A stretch of 64,000 nucleotides of DNA. Source: Pecten maximus. Its lineage: Eukaryota. Location: contig NC_047029.1 of the NCBI RefSeq assembly GCF_902652985.1, forward strand, positions 9,548,001 through 9,612,000, given 5' to 3'. Positions 51,423 to 64,000 of the stretch are shown here, in pieces; position 1 is the stretch's first letter, and every line of letters starts with the position of its first letter. Below the pieces are notes generated by a model. That model had not been told where the DNA came from and searched no databases. It saw nothing but the letters and a program-made list of their open reading frames with translations. The position numbers were made by a program, and so were the translations under genes.

Positions 51423-54400
51423 TTAAGCTTTAACGCAAGTAAAGTTACAAGCCAAAGGACTTCCGATATGACGTTTGTCCTTCACCAGCCAACCAGAACT
51501 CTTCAAAAAAGCATCCTTATTTTCCGTTCCCCAGCCAATGCCGTAACCAGGGGCGCCGTCTATCGACAAACTACAGGGGAGGCAAATTACGGTACTGAGG
51601 GCGTATCCTACTCCTGCCACGTTCGGATCCCCTATGTTATCTCTATGGTTACTATGGACATCCGGATCAGTGATGGAAACAACCCCGTTGTCCTTCAGCA
51701 CACGATTCACCTCTTTCATGGCATTTACAGGATCTGATAGGTCGTGAAGTACATCATACATAACCACCCAGTCAAACTTGTGTGTCCAGTCAGCGGGCAA
51801 GGACGTGGCATTTTCTTTCAGAAACTTCACGTTTTTGATGCCTTGGGTATGAGCTATTTCAATGGCCTTGGTAATTGCCATATCGGTGTAGTCAACGCCG
51901 TATATGTCTGCACATGGAAAACGCCTGCTCAACGCTCTGGAAATGTTTCCTGCACCGGACCCTAGGTCAAGAATTGACGTCCTTGCCCCTAAAAATGAAT
52001 GACATTAATATTTCACACCGTTTCGAGCTTAAAGATTCCTTTATTTCAGTATCCTATCAAACAAATTATCCATACATCAGTTATTTTGACAGCCATGTTA
52101 TCTAACGGATGAGTGCCTTCAGCGTACTACAAGACCGTCTAGTGGCAACATTCATTTCTGAATTTAATGTCGTGTAATCAGGATTGCGTGCATAGGTCGG
52201 GAAGAGATTAATATTTCACATATTCTGACATCATATAAACCTACGATAGAAGTTGATTTGGGAAGGGAGAGGGGGAGGGGGTGATATTTACTAAATGTAA
52301 TATGTTTAGGAGGAAAATCGTGCCCTTTAGATTAAAAAGAAAGATTTCATATTATGGTAACCAAATACTCGTTTGGAGTAGCAGTGTGATCAAACTTTAC
52401 CCGTGAATTTTGTCGCTGGCACCAGGAGCTGTTCCACTACCATGTCAGGATCGGCAACTCTTTCTTCAGTGACATCAACTACTTCTGGGAGCATATCACC
52501 AAATTCATAACCTAGAGAATGTGATCCATAAATACCAGTATAATATTGACTTAACAGTTATACTTTTCATCTGTCATCGAAGTCGTAGGAGTGTTTGAAA
52601 GCTGCATGGTGTATTGTATATTGATATTTCTATTTTTACTCAATTTGGGCTCCATTAACCTACCAAATTTAATGTTTCTTTTGACTATGATTTTGACAAG
52701 ATTAACATCAATCTACGCGTATGAAAAAAGCCGCCCAATTACCCGATCCCGGAAGAATATAAGTTTGTAAGAGAAATGGTCTTTCTTATATCACTATCAT
52801 AATATATATTCAGATTCTTAGTATTTCAATGAGAATTTCAGCAAAATAAGAATCCCTTAATCCCCCAAGGAGTTGATTGGGAACTCGTGTCAAGAGAGCT
52901 TCCGTTAGAAACTACACAAGGAACTGTTAAATCGATCCAAAAGAACTGTCAGTTAACAACTTAACAGTCAATGAATTGAGCTTCGTCTCTAATCAGTTGT
53001 AGAACTCGTATCAAGGTAACAACCAATTCTGTAACAATTTCGTAAAGATGTCCAATTTGAATTGAAGCGGAAGACATTTTTTAAATCCCTAGAAAAAAAT
53101 AACATTCCATTTAAATCATAACAAATGTGTTGCATAATCGAGTTTTGAGCCTGATTGTTCATTCTCTAATAATGGACTATTTTTAAACACAAACTTTAGA
53201 CTTGCAAAAGTTCTAGTAAATGTAGATTTGTATTCCTGCCAATCATAAGGTAAACCAACGTGCTCCATCATATTGAAAAATATCAGGATTTTTTTTGTCG
53301 AGTTCATAGGATGACGAATTGAGTTGCTCTTTGACAAATTCAACATGAACTTCCCAGTTCATTAAATGTGTCTCAAGATCAACTGAAGTCATCACCCCAT
53401 AATATCAACCAAAGCCAGATTCATCATCAAATGCTCTTTTAAAGATTTACAAATATCCTAGGTAATATCAACATATTTGAATTGAGCAGAGGTTCCCATC
53501 TTCCAAAATTAAAGGCGAAACCTGATAATATTACGAAATAAGTTAATATGTTTGTATTCACAAATGATCAATAGAATTAAGTTTCTTAGGGCTAGTACAT
53601 TCTTAACATGAAATGTCATCGGTATTAAATAAACTGTTCCCGACCACTCTTAATATATCTAAATAACTTCATATATAATAACTAACTCGAGGCCCGTCTT
53701 TCCTGAAACAGTTCTTGACTTTCCTAGTCATAGTACCCAACACAGGGAAGAAGAAAGCGGAATCAATACCACGAAGTCCTGGTTTAAGTTTCCCAGGGAT
53801 GAAGTAGCGGTCTGAGTCATCTAGTGAAACGATCCTTGTTGAGACCATACATCCCAGCCACTTCCGGACATACCTTCAACGGGAGACAATACTCATGATG
53901 TAATACTAGTAAGACCGAGAAATTTTCAGATATATCTATAAAGGGAGGTAATTAAACATGAAACACCACGATCTAGATACGAACCAAGCAACCATACAAA
54001 GGGAGATAATTACACGTAATACATCTGTTGTCAGATCATACAGCCCAATAATCATCGTATATACCTACAAAGGGAGATAGATACTTGCAATACATCGGAA
54101 GTCAGAAAATACATCCCAGTCAACCTGTGTAATTATCTCCCTTCGTATATACATACAAAGGGAGATAATTACACATAATACATCAGTAGTTAGATCATAC
54201 AGCCCAGTCTCTCTTGTATATTGCAAAGGAAGAGAGTTACACGAAATATATATCACTAGTAAGACCATGCAGCTAAGTCACTCTCGGTCATACCCTTGAA
54301 AACCCTATTGAGGTAGGGTTGTCGACATCTGAAGGTCACAAGGCAGCGATAACAAATACTAAAACCGTTTCAGTGCTAACTGCTTTATATTCACAATAAG

Positions 54401-55212
54401 TAAATACAACGAAACAATCGAGGTTATGTAACACTCAAGTATATTTCAAACTGAGACATGATATAAACATATGTATATCAAGTCCATTCTAGGGCACCTT
54501 GCATTAGCTCCGCCTCAAAACCTGGCACGCCCTTAAATGACCCCGGCTTTTAATGGGACGCTAAAAAAATAAACAAAGCATTAGCTACCTCCTGCTCTCT
54601 AATAGAGCATCCAGCAACTAGTATAAATGAAAAAAAAAATCCCATGATCTCACGACATCCCTTATTCACACCCAAATAATAATTATCCACATAATTAGGT
54701 TAATCACATCCAAATATTTAAAACAGATGTGACACAATCTTTGCCACATGACCTACCACCATAATTCTCTTATACTCTAAAGAGGACAATTATACAATGG
54801 CTACCTTGTGTGATCAACATAACAGTTCGTTTCCTAAAATATTTTAAAAGCTTCAACAGTTTTTGCTACATTTGCAGATATATTTTGGCATTTCAAATTT
54901 ACATACAGTCAAAACTCCTCTTTATTCACTTTTGGCGCCCGCCCAATAATAATTTCTCCCCTGTCAACCTCGATAAGACGACATGTACTCTCCGCATTTG
55001 TGCGTACAATATTTAATACAGTTAGCAGTAAATGAAGACATTTACCTTTCCTTCAGGCTACAGGCGTCTGCTAGCTGCTGTGATGATACTGGTTTGTCCA
55101 GTCTTTTTAGCTCATCAAATAGTCCCAGATCTTTACCTAGTGTGATGGCGGAGGTGATGTAACTTCCAGCGATGAAGTTAGATATGTTCTTTGAATATGT
55201 ATTTAAATCCAT
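51423..55212 (-). CDS. Rv2258c-like SAM-dependent methyltransferase, copy 2; exons 55212-55046, 53873-about 53687, 52511-52401, 51988-51423; exon 2 is 1 nt short relative to copy 1
   Basis: Exon sizes 167/187/111/566 nt versus 167/188/111/566 nt in copy 1, with the same motifs (YVRKWLGCMV, ILDLGSGAG, FDWVVMYDVLHDL). Confidence 0.82.
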
Positions 55213-56047
55213 TTTGTAGTTTTGTTGTTATGTTAAAATACTTTATCATGTAATGTAAATGTAATGTGAAATCATTTACGAAAAAAATCGTTGATAGTGT
55301 CAGCTTTTAAGCCCCTCTTCTAAGCCACGCCTCCAAGTAGGCAATATCGTCACGTGACCACAAACTCGACAACAAGTGTAAACAAACGTCAAATTTCGAC
55401 GATGGCGGTGACAAAAACTCGAGTAAATAATTTGTGTACGGGTTACTTTGATAAAACAAAATGTCCTTGGAAATGTGTATCTAAGGCATAATGTACTTTT
55501 GAGAAGGACATATCCATAAATGTTAACATTATAATTTGAAGAATTTAAAAAGAAGTGCAGAAAGGAGCATACTTGTACAGCTGGATGTTGACAAATCCGT
55601 AATAAATTAACGTTGGACTGAACCACCAAACAATAGCTTAAAAAGAATCGGAATTGGGCATCGGCATAGGTGATTTATACTAGCAATGGTGATGAATCTT
55701 AGGCTATTTACTTTTTACTTCAGCGGATTCGGGATACACGAAAGTGCACCTAACATTTCTGGTATTAAACTGTTTGTATGATTATGGTTGTCATCAGATG
55801 TCTTATTTTCTAATAGAGATAACTCTCAGAAATAGATATTTACATATCTCTCAGTTATAGAGAAATATATCTCAGGAAATAGAGAAAAATATCTCAAGAA
55901 ATAAAGATATTTACATATTTCTATCAGAAACTGTAGCTACTTTCTGGATATCAAATGTAAAGTTTGCTTGCTATAAATGTCATATATGCAGGTATAGTTC
56001 CTTTTGTCACAGAAGGTGCCGAGGCATGCAAGGAAAATGAATCTTAC

Positions 56048-57552
56048 CTGAATAATTTCCGTAAAGCAAAACTGTATCAAACACTTGTCCAGGAAATCTC
56101 CACAAAACATTGCGTTTTCATCATCGGTTAAAGATCTGAACAATGTCATCCAAAATTGACATGTTTGTTTCCTCAACATCCCCCATAACCACTCAATTCT
56201 TTTCCGTATAGAAAACTTTTATTTCCAGCAAGTTCGTCGTCATGGTTTTGTCTAAGAAATATTTGCATTTGTTCAACATGTCCGTTTTCGGTCCCCATAT
56301 CTGCACGTACTCTCTGTGGACACCCTTGTATTTGTTTTACTGCTTTTATGAAGTAGCTGGCTATAACTTTTGGATCGTTATTTGTCTTGTAGGCCTCCAT
56401 CCAAATAATTTTGCGTGAGAAACCATCTATGCAACCATGAATTGAAATGCCGTAAGGTTTAAGTTTGTCATAACCGTCTATATGCCAGACGTAGTTAGGA
56501 CCTTTGCTGAAGTATGTCCGTCGTCGTAGCCTCCGTCTTTTCCTAGCAACTATCCCAGTACTATCCAATACGTGTAAAAGTGCCAATACCGTATCTCTTG
56601 GTATATTGAACCCATGTTGTAAACATTTCTGATTCATCCATCTGTATCCATGGTGAAAATTCGATGCCATAACAAATAGTGCAACGTCCAATATGTCCGA
56701 GTGGTTTTTCCTTCTCGACAAATGTTGCTGTCGTAAGATCCTTTTCAATGTCGATCTACTAATAACACAGCCAGACGAAATCGCCAATGACGACAATATT
56801 TCATCGTTACTGAATCCCAGGTAAAAGCAACATTTCACAATGTCGGTAACAACTGCCATTCCGTAGTGTTGTATTACATAAGCTCCGGTTTCATGATGGA
56901 GCACACTGTTACATGTAATGCAAGACACTTTAATATATGTATAAACGAGAAATAATCTCGTATATACGAGAAATAAACTCGTATATACGAGAAAGAAACT
57001 CGTATATACGAGAAATAATCTCGTTATTACGAGAAATAAACTCGTATATACGAGAAATAAACTCGTTATTACGAGAAATAAACTCGTATATACGAGAAAT
57101 AATCTCGTTATTACGAGAAAGAAACTCGTATATACGAGAAATAATCTCGTTATTACGAGAAATAATCTCGTATATACGAGAAATAAACTCGTATAAACGA
57201 GAAAGAAACTCGTATATACGAGAAATAATCTCGTTATTACGAGAAATAAACTCGTATATACGAGAAATAATCTCGTATATACGAGAAATAAACTCGTATA
57301 TACGAGAAAGAAACTCGTATATACGAGAAATAATCTCGTATATATGAGAAAGAATCTCGTATATACGAGAAACAATCTCGTATATACGAGAAATAATCTC
57401 GTAATTACGAGAAATAATCTCGTATATACGAGAAATAAACTCGTATATACGAGAAATAATCCCGTATATACGAGATTTTTTATTTATTTTTTAATGATAC
57501 CAACTAAGTTATTTTTTATATTGGTCCTATTCGGCTTCCGTAGGCTTCCGTA
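56048..57552 (-). mobile_element. Decayed integrase-type (IS3EU-like) DNA transposon; transposase pseudogene 56859-56048
   Basis: N-terminal HTH-like region followed by RRLRRRTYFSKGPNYVWHIDGYDKLKPYGISIHGCIDGFSRKI...RVRADMGTEN. A deletion/frameshift falls between SFLYGK and RIEWLWGMLRKQ. Putative terminus TACGGAAGCC (minus strand, ending at 57542 and duplicated to 57552); the other terminus was not found. Confidence 0.8.
56937..57476. repeat. 21-bp palindromic subterminal repeat array, about 26 copies
   Basis: Unit CTCGTATATACGAGAAATAA(A/T) with palindromic core CTCGTATATACGAG, lying between the putative terminus and the transposase start. Confidence 0.95.
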
Positions 57553-57889
57553 CATGTGAAACCATTATAAGAACACTCTGTTTAATCTAAAACACAATAA
57601 AAAAAAATAAAAAAATGTTCCAATTATAGTATTTCTGTATGTACGGTTGATCGACGTGTTCAATATTCACCATATTCTTCCTATTGATATGTGGATATTG
57701 GGCCTGAATAGTACATGTAAGATAATGAAGATTATTCTGGGAAATATTTAAATATCTTAATAATATTATTTAGTACAGGTATACAAAAGCCCTTCAATAT
57801 CTCTCTCTTGTTTAAGAATACTAGTAAAGATCAATGGTATTGTTTTGTCATCAAATCCTGTGGCATTTCTAGATATAGTATTTTGTTGT

Positions 57890-60800
57890 TCACAGAATGT
57901 ACGGTGCAAATTCAGTAGTTAAAAAGTGATATATCTGTTGCTGTAGACTCTTCATTTTAGCTGCTGTTGACAGAAGTTCCAGCGANNNNNNNNNNNNNNN
58001 NNNNNNNNNNNNNNNNNNNNNNNNNNNNNNNNNNNNNNNNNNNNNNNNNNNNNNNNNNNNNNNNNNNNNNNNNNNNNNNNNNNNNNNNNNNNNNNNNNNN
58101 NNNNNNNNNNNNNNNNNNNNNNNNNNNNNNNNNNNNNNNNNNNNNNNNNNNNNNNNNNNNNNNNNNNNNNNNNNNNNNNNNNNNNNNNNNNNNNNNNNNN
58201 NNNNNNNNNNNNNNNNNNNNNNNNNNNNNNNNNNNNNNNNNNNNNNNNNNNNNNNNNNNNNNNNNNNNNNNNNNNNNNNNNNNNNNNNNNNNNNNNNNNN
58301 NNNNNNNNNNNNNNNNNNNNNNNNNNNNNNNNNNNNNNNNNNNNNNNNNNNNNNNNNNNNNNNNNNNNNNNNNNNNNNNNNNNNNNNNNNNNNNNNNNNN
58401 NNNNNNNNNNNNNNNNNNNNNNNNNNNNNNNNNNNNNNNNNNNNNNNNNNNNNNNNNNNNNNNNNNNNNNNNNNNNNNNNNNNNNTTTTTATGGCAGCTC
58501 TGTGTACCAAACTTAAATGTTTGGACTTTGTCTTACAGACATCCGAAAACTTTAGGTTGTCCCCTTTTAATATTTCTGATAATACGTAGGAAGTTGCATT
58601 ATCAAAATTCTTTGTCGAACTATAAAAATGATCTTCAAAGTAGAATTTTGTCAAAAGAGACTGACCATTGTCGATATGAGACTTTCTGTATTGCATCCAG
58701 GGTCTCGATTCGATGTGATCAATTACATAGATATCTGCATGTGACACACCTAGGTAAATCAAGTCTATAGGTTTAGATGAACGAGGCCCGTTTAACGCCA
58801 TGCCGCTTTCTATCAGGAACCGTACAGCCACAAAGTTTCCTCCCATGATTGCGTGATGGAGTATATTGTAACCATCTCTGTCGTAACATGTATCCCAAAA
58901 CGAAATAGGTTTTCGATTTAAAACGTTTACAAATTCGCCGCCATAAGCCCAATAAATCCAGAATTGGTTGTTTTCATTTCTTATTGTTCGATGCAAAAGA
59001 CTTTCTTCAAAGGGTTTGTTACAATAGTCCGAGGTGAATTGTGATAATAAATTCATCATTCCTATTGAAGGTTGTTTAGCGGAAAAGAACGCGGCAAGTA
59101 AATGTTTATCAACAGGTACAATCAAAGGTCTCGGCTGGAACATAATAATAGAATAAAGGATGAACGTATTACCTTTCATGACCGCCAGTCTGTGGTACTT
59201 AGGGTAGTCTACTGTTTGTTGCAGTTCCGGATGTTGGCCTATTAATTGAAATATCCTGAATACGACAATTTCTTCCTTGGATACTATTTCATCATACTCA
59301 ATATTTTGTTGTTTGTTAAATAGATCTACAAGTGAACAGTTTAAACACAACCTGTATTCATTCTGGTGTACTAAATTGTCAAATGCAACATCTACAACAG
59401 TTTTATTGATTTGATTTGGTTCTAACAAAAGTGATGTATTGGACCTGAAAACAAAATACCATATGCTCTGATGATTGCCAATTTCAACAGCATAATGTAA
59501 ATAATTGCTTGAGTTGGTATCTTTTGTTGAAGTTTTTAGTTCAGATTCCGACGTTAGCATATGTATCATGGAGTTTACATCCTTTGTGTACTTTGAACCT
59601 AGAGCTAAGTAATGAAACAATCCTCGACCTTCATTGTCTACCAGTTCTCTACTCGTTTTAGCGTAGTGAGGCTCTAGAGCTACATATGACATAATGGCAT
59701 TACACAGAACAGCAGAGTGGATCGGTAAAGACCCATTCGTCGCAGCTATGTATATATTTACTTTCCCGAAGATGATCATATAATGCATCATTTTCCATTC
59801 GTTGTTACAAGCAGCATAGTGTAATGGCGTATTACCAGACATGTCTTTCAACGTCCAGTTAAAAGACTTGCCACGATAATGAAGATGTTTGAATATTTCT
59901 TTCCTGCCACTCATAGCGAGGATGTGTTCAAAACCAGCTCCCAGTGGGCACATGTCATTGATTAAACTTGTTTGCTCGTTGTAATTGAAAATTTGAAATG
60001 ACATTCTAACCGTTGAATTATGTACATGTTCACATTTCTCATTAAAATTTCCACCATTTTCTACAATAATGTCAAGGATTTCAGATTGGTTATATTTAAT
60101 TGCCGTAAGAAGTGGAGTCCTTCCTCCATACTCCCGACAACTGATGGCGTTAGTGGTCTGCGATAGAAGATGGAAAACGATGTCTTTGTAACCTCTTTGG
60201 ATGGCAATTTCTAATGCGGTTGTACATTTGATTAACCTTTCATCATCATTTAGAACAAATGTTACATTTTCTAACTCGGCATATTGCAATAACAATAATC
60301 GGTTACATTCAACATTTTCACCTATGTTGTAACAAGGGTGCCATTGCATTCTTTTTGTGTTATTAGTGACCCAGTAAATTTTGTCTCCACATGGAATACA
60401 AGTGTCCTTAACGCCATGCTGTAACAACGACAAAACAGATCTCAAGTGGCCATTCTTTGATGCTAAATATAGGGAATTCTGGTCGGCTAACGTACTATTT
60501 ATTTCTAGGAATTGATTCAAAATGTCTGTGTGACCATGTTCTGAAGCTAGGTGTACAGCGTTAAGGTTTAAGCCGTTTTTCAAATAGAGCAATGTTTGAT
60601 TTTTAGACAACAGAAGATCAACTACGTTTAAATGTCCGTTTTGAGAAGCAATATCTAGTAAACCATAACCCCACAAAGTTGTGTATTTGCAGTGCCTGAC
60701 CGCATCCTCCAACCCTCCTTTGTTTGGAGGACTCTGTACTCTAAAGAAATAGTCTCCCCCTTCTTCTATCAGCGCTCTAAGTGTTTCAGAATGTCCAAAA

Positions 60801-63800
60801 GCCGCCGCCAGAAATGTAGCTGTAACATTTGCGGATGTAACATTATTGATGTGTTCTTTTCCGAGAACTTTGATAAGTAACTTGGTACCCAAAAATGAAT
60901 TTTTGGTTCGTGCCATTTGATAAAGATGATTGCCAGAGGAAAAGTTCGTTTCCAAAATATGTCTGGTATGTTGGAATGAATGTAGAAGTACCAGATCGTT
61001 TGACTCTGCTACATGGATAAACATATCTAGTATATCAGTACTACTGATGTTATATTTACGGAGAAGGTAACTCGCAAACAGTTTGTGACCGTTGGCCTTT
61101 GAGATATAATATTTATAATAGCTGGAGGCGTTATTACTAAGGTGATCGCAGATTCCTTTGTGATATATACTAATGTACGTGTTTTTGCTTTCCACAAAAT
61201 GAGAAATTTGGTTTCCGAGAAGACTTCGAAGATCATATGGATCCTTTGTAACATTTAGAATAGCTTCCAATTCCTCAAGTGGCAATCGTTTATACGATGT
61301 GCATAGCACCTCAAAAACCTTCCTCGCGAGATTGTACAATGGCGGGTTATCACCAAATACGCGGTCCAAATTTGTATGGTATAATTCATTAAGAGACTGT
61401 GGGATATCAGTAAATTTGCTATGCGGAGAACCTATCCAAAATTTAACTGCGAGGTCTACATATAAAAAATTGGATCCACTTACCCTCAAAATGCGTTTAG
61501 TTACTTCCTTGATATCAGTGTGTGTGCCAAACAAACGTGAAAATGTAGAAGTGTGTGTAAATAGATGGTGAGCGAGGAAAGTAGAGATGTCGTTTTGGTT
61601 CTGGACATTTTCCAGCGTTTCATGAAATCTTTTCATTCCAGAAAACCTGTCAGTCACCATGTTAACGTCTCTAGCTGTTATGAAGAACTTAAGCCACCAC
61701 GGCATGCTGCTGATCCGTTTAGACAAGACATCAAGAAGAGATATAGCAATGGCGGCGGAATCTCCACACTCATCTATAGCGTCAATAATAACATACCGTT
61801 CCTCATCGAATGTAAGACCGCTTAAAGGATGAATGATTGAGGCGTCAATACAACCAACAGGGTCCTCCGAACACTTACTGGTTTGTAAAAAGCTCATCGC
61901 GAGTTTATCAGTCAAAATAGCATTTCCTGCTTCTGGCAAATTACTTATTAACATGCCGGCGAGGTTTTTAATGAAATATTCAGGTCTTTGAGTACTGATC
62001 ACGTCAAATTTGCAAATATGGTATGACAATATAAACTTCCGTAATCCGTTACTTTCCGAACGTTCAGCGCTACAAAGCAGGTGTGATACTAATGTAGATT
62101 TACCATAACCCATTTCTGCTGTCAACATGACGCCTCTGGATTGTGTACCCATTAAAGACGTTTGGATCTTTTGGATAAGCCACTTCCGGCCCAAAAGGAG
62201 AGGACTGTTCTTCAGATAGCCGTCGAAGATATAGTCCGGTTCCCATGGACAGGGTTCAGAATATGTCAGTGATAGACAATCTGAAATACCAAATAAAATT
62301 ATCATTAAATCTGAAAATATATGAATTTATACAATGGCAGGTTATATTATACTAAAATAATTAATAATATATATATATATATATGTTAATATATTTTGCT
62401 CACGTTTTTGGATTTTGATCCTAGATTATTTGGATTAAACAACAGGTCCATAGGCCTTAACGGTCATTTGAGTTCTGCAGTTAGATTTCTCCACACCATG
62501 TCAAATAAATGATTGATTCTAAAAAGTTATTAATTACCATTTATAATATCTAGTAGAGAGATTTATGACTTAATGCTATACTAGGGCCTAAGCAAGGACA
62601 CGTCAAAAATTTAGCAATTCTGACACATTAGGGCCACACTCTTTAGCCCATGATGATTGGCTTTGGTCAACTGTTCATAACATTTGACTATTTCCACAAA
62701 GGACGAATGTAATGTAATGTAATAAATAAATAAATAAATAAAAAATCTATTCCATTCGTCAGACTCCGAGGATGGGACTATAATAAATAATATATAGTGG
62801 GACCATATTGGAGTACCTTTTTTTGCCAAATATCATCAAAATTGGTGTTCAGGGATTTTTTGTCAAGTGAGACTTTGCTTTATCGGTTCAATCCTTTGGC
62901 TTTTGGTTTTTGGATTTCGAGGAAATGTCATGAAAATAAGAGTGAACTGTATGCTGCAGGTTTTCATTTTCCATATCTTCAACAAATGGCATGGATAAGA
63001 GGACAATGTCACACTGACTTAACAACGAGACACTAGAAATAGGCTTTATCCTTTAAGATTCATCAACATAATTTCGGAAATTATTAGAACATTAGCACAA
63101 ATTTGATATTTGACCTTGAGGTCAAGGTCACTGTGGCCTAACGGCAATGCACTGCACAGTGACTTTAGCTGATGCAAGTCTTCTCTAAATTACACTATTA
63201 TATCTTCAACAGATTAGCACTAATGGCCCGGACAAAGCATTATTATTATCATTATTAGAAGTACTGATACAATATGTTTCCCTTCATTCGAAGGGGAGAA
63301 ATCATAATTACGTTGACACAAAAAAGTTTTCAATATCGATGCGATCTTCTCTTTTACCTTTTTCTTTTAATAATCTTTTGTCAGTTGTGTCATTCCAGAG
63401 ACCGACAGTTGCAAGAATTATTACAAGTATGAATGTCAAAGACATGCCTATCCATCGTCTTGCTAGACAACTCTTCTTGTCTTCTGTATCAACGTTGTCT
63501 TCATACAAACATATTCTTATCTCACTAACGCTGTCATGTTGGTCCAGAAATGTCCTCTCTGCGACATTTACTGGATTGAGAACATTGACTAGGTGATGTC
63601 TGAAAGTTTTCTCCTCCTCTGTAGCAAGCCTTATGACACAATTTGATTTTAAACGTTTAAGTTGTAAAATAGCTGTTTTGCCAGATTCAGTTTTAGAGAT
63701 CTCCGGTAATTTGAGAAATGCAATGAGATCCTTGAAGGCTCTTTTCCTTTCAAACGCGTTCACTTGAAGCTGTCCATGAGCAAACAGGGCATTTCGAATA

Positions 63801-64000
63801 TTTCTTACGCGGTTAATGGTTAGACTTTGAATTGAATTGAATGTCTTACAGTTATGAATAACATGCAATGCAACAACAATGTCGTCAGTGTATGACGTTC
63901 TAGCCTCCCACCAATCTGGGGCGAACACCTTCACCATTTCATTGACATTTTGAGGCCATTCCGAAGAATTGATATCTTTCCATTTGATCTGCCTAGCTCG
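57890..64000 (-). CDS. Large STAND-type protein: CXorf38/DZIP3-like HEPN domain, TM helix, NACHT NTPase and ankyrin repeats; exons >64000-63358 and 62280-(gap at 58485-57986); 3' end uncertain
   Basis: Open frame from the window edge: QIKWKDINSSEWPQNVNEMVKVF...IHNCKTF...VRNIRNALFAH; TM segment WIGMSLTFILVIILATVGLW; in-frame splice G|AT; LLGRKWL, Walker A AEMGYGKST, Walker B YVIIDAIDEC; ankyrin motifs (AAAFGH, ASQNGH, GRTPLLTA, GNTPLHYAA, GYNILHHA). Confidence 0.85.
62438..63308 (-). mobile_element. HINE-like non-autonomous element(s) in the intron of the NACHT gene
   Basis: AACAACAGGTCCATAGGCC end, a TGACCTTGAGGTCAAGGTCA palindrome and a CCCTTC..GAAGGGG hairpin at the opposite end. Confidence 0.45.

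Noticed and set aside
10741-55212. MFS transporter, oxygenases and methyltransferases as a biosynthetic gene cluster
   Set aside because: Only proximity supports it. Tandem duplicates of unrelated families are common in such genomes, and co-expression data would be needed.
56860-57559. Hydrophobic FLVYTRL-type N-terminal extension of the 400-aa ORF and the opposite-strand ORFs
   Set aside because: Read-through of the 21-bp subterminal repeat. The transposase plausibly starts at 56859.

Overview
AT-rich eukaryotic DNA with GT-AG introns, satellites, SINEs and MITEs. The gene and repeat content suggests a bivalve mollusc, possibly a scallop (inference). Genes, left to right: the last three exons of a DPY19L1-like C-mannosyltransferase (+); a 3-exon MFSD4/NaGLT1-like MFS transporter (+); two tandem 2-exon carotenoid cleavage oxygenases with signal peptides (-), the left one frameshifted; about 11 kb of decayed transposons; two tandem 4-exon Rv2258c-like SAM methyltransferases (-); a decayed integrase-type DNA transposon; and a large HEPN-like/TM/NACHT/ankyrin gene (-) running off the right edge. 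There are two assembly gaps. The most striking non-coding signal is a 49-bp 'minisatellite' at about 8.8-9.35 kb whose minus strand is a head-to-tail array of about 11 minimal hammerhead ribozymes separated by only 5 nt. Also notable: the membrane-split HEPN/NACHT-ankyrin architecture and intronic tandem copies of an AG|GTATGT splice junction in both methyltransferase paralogues.
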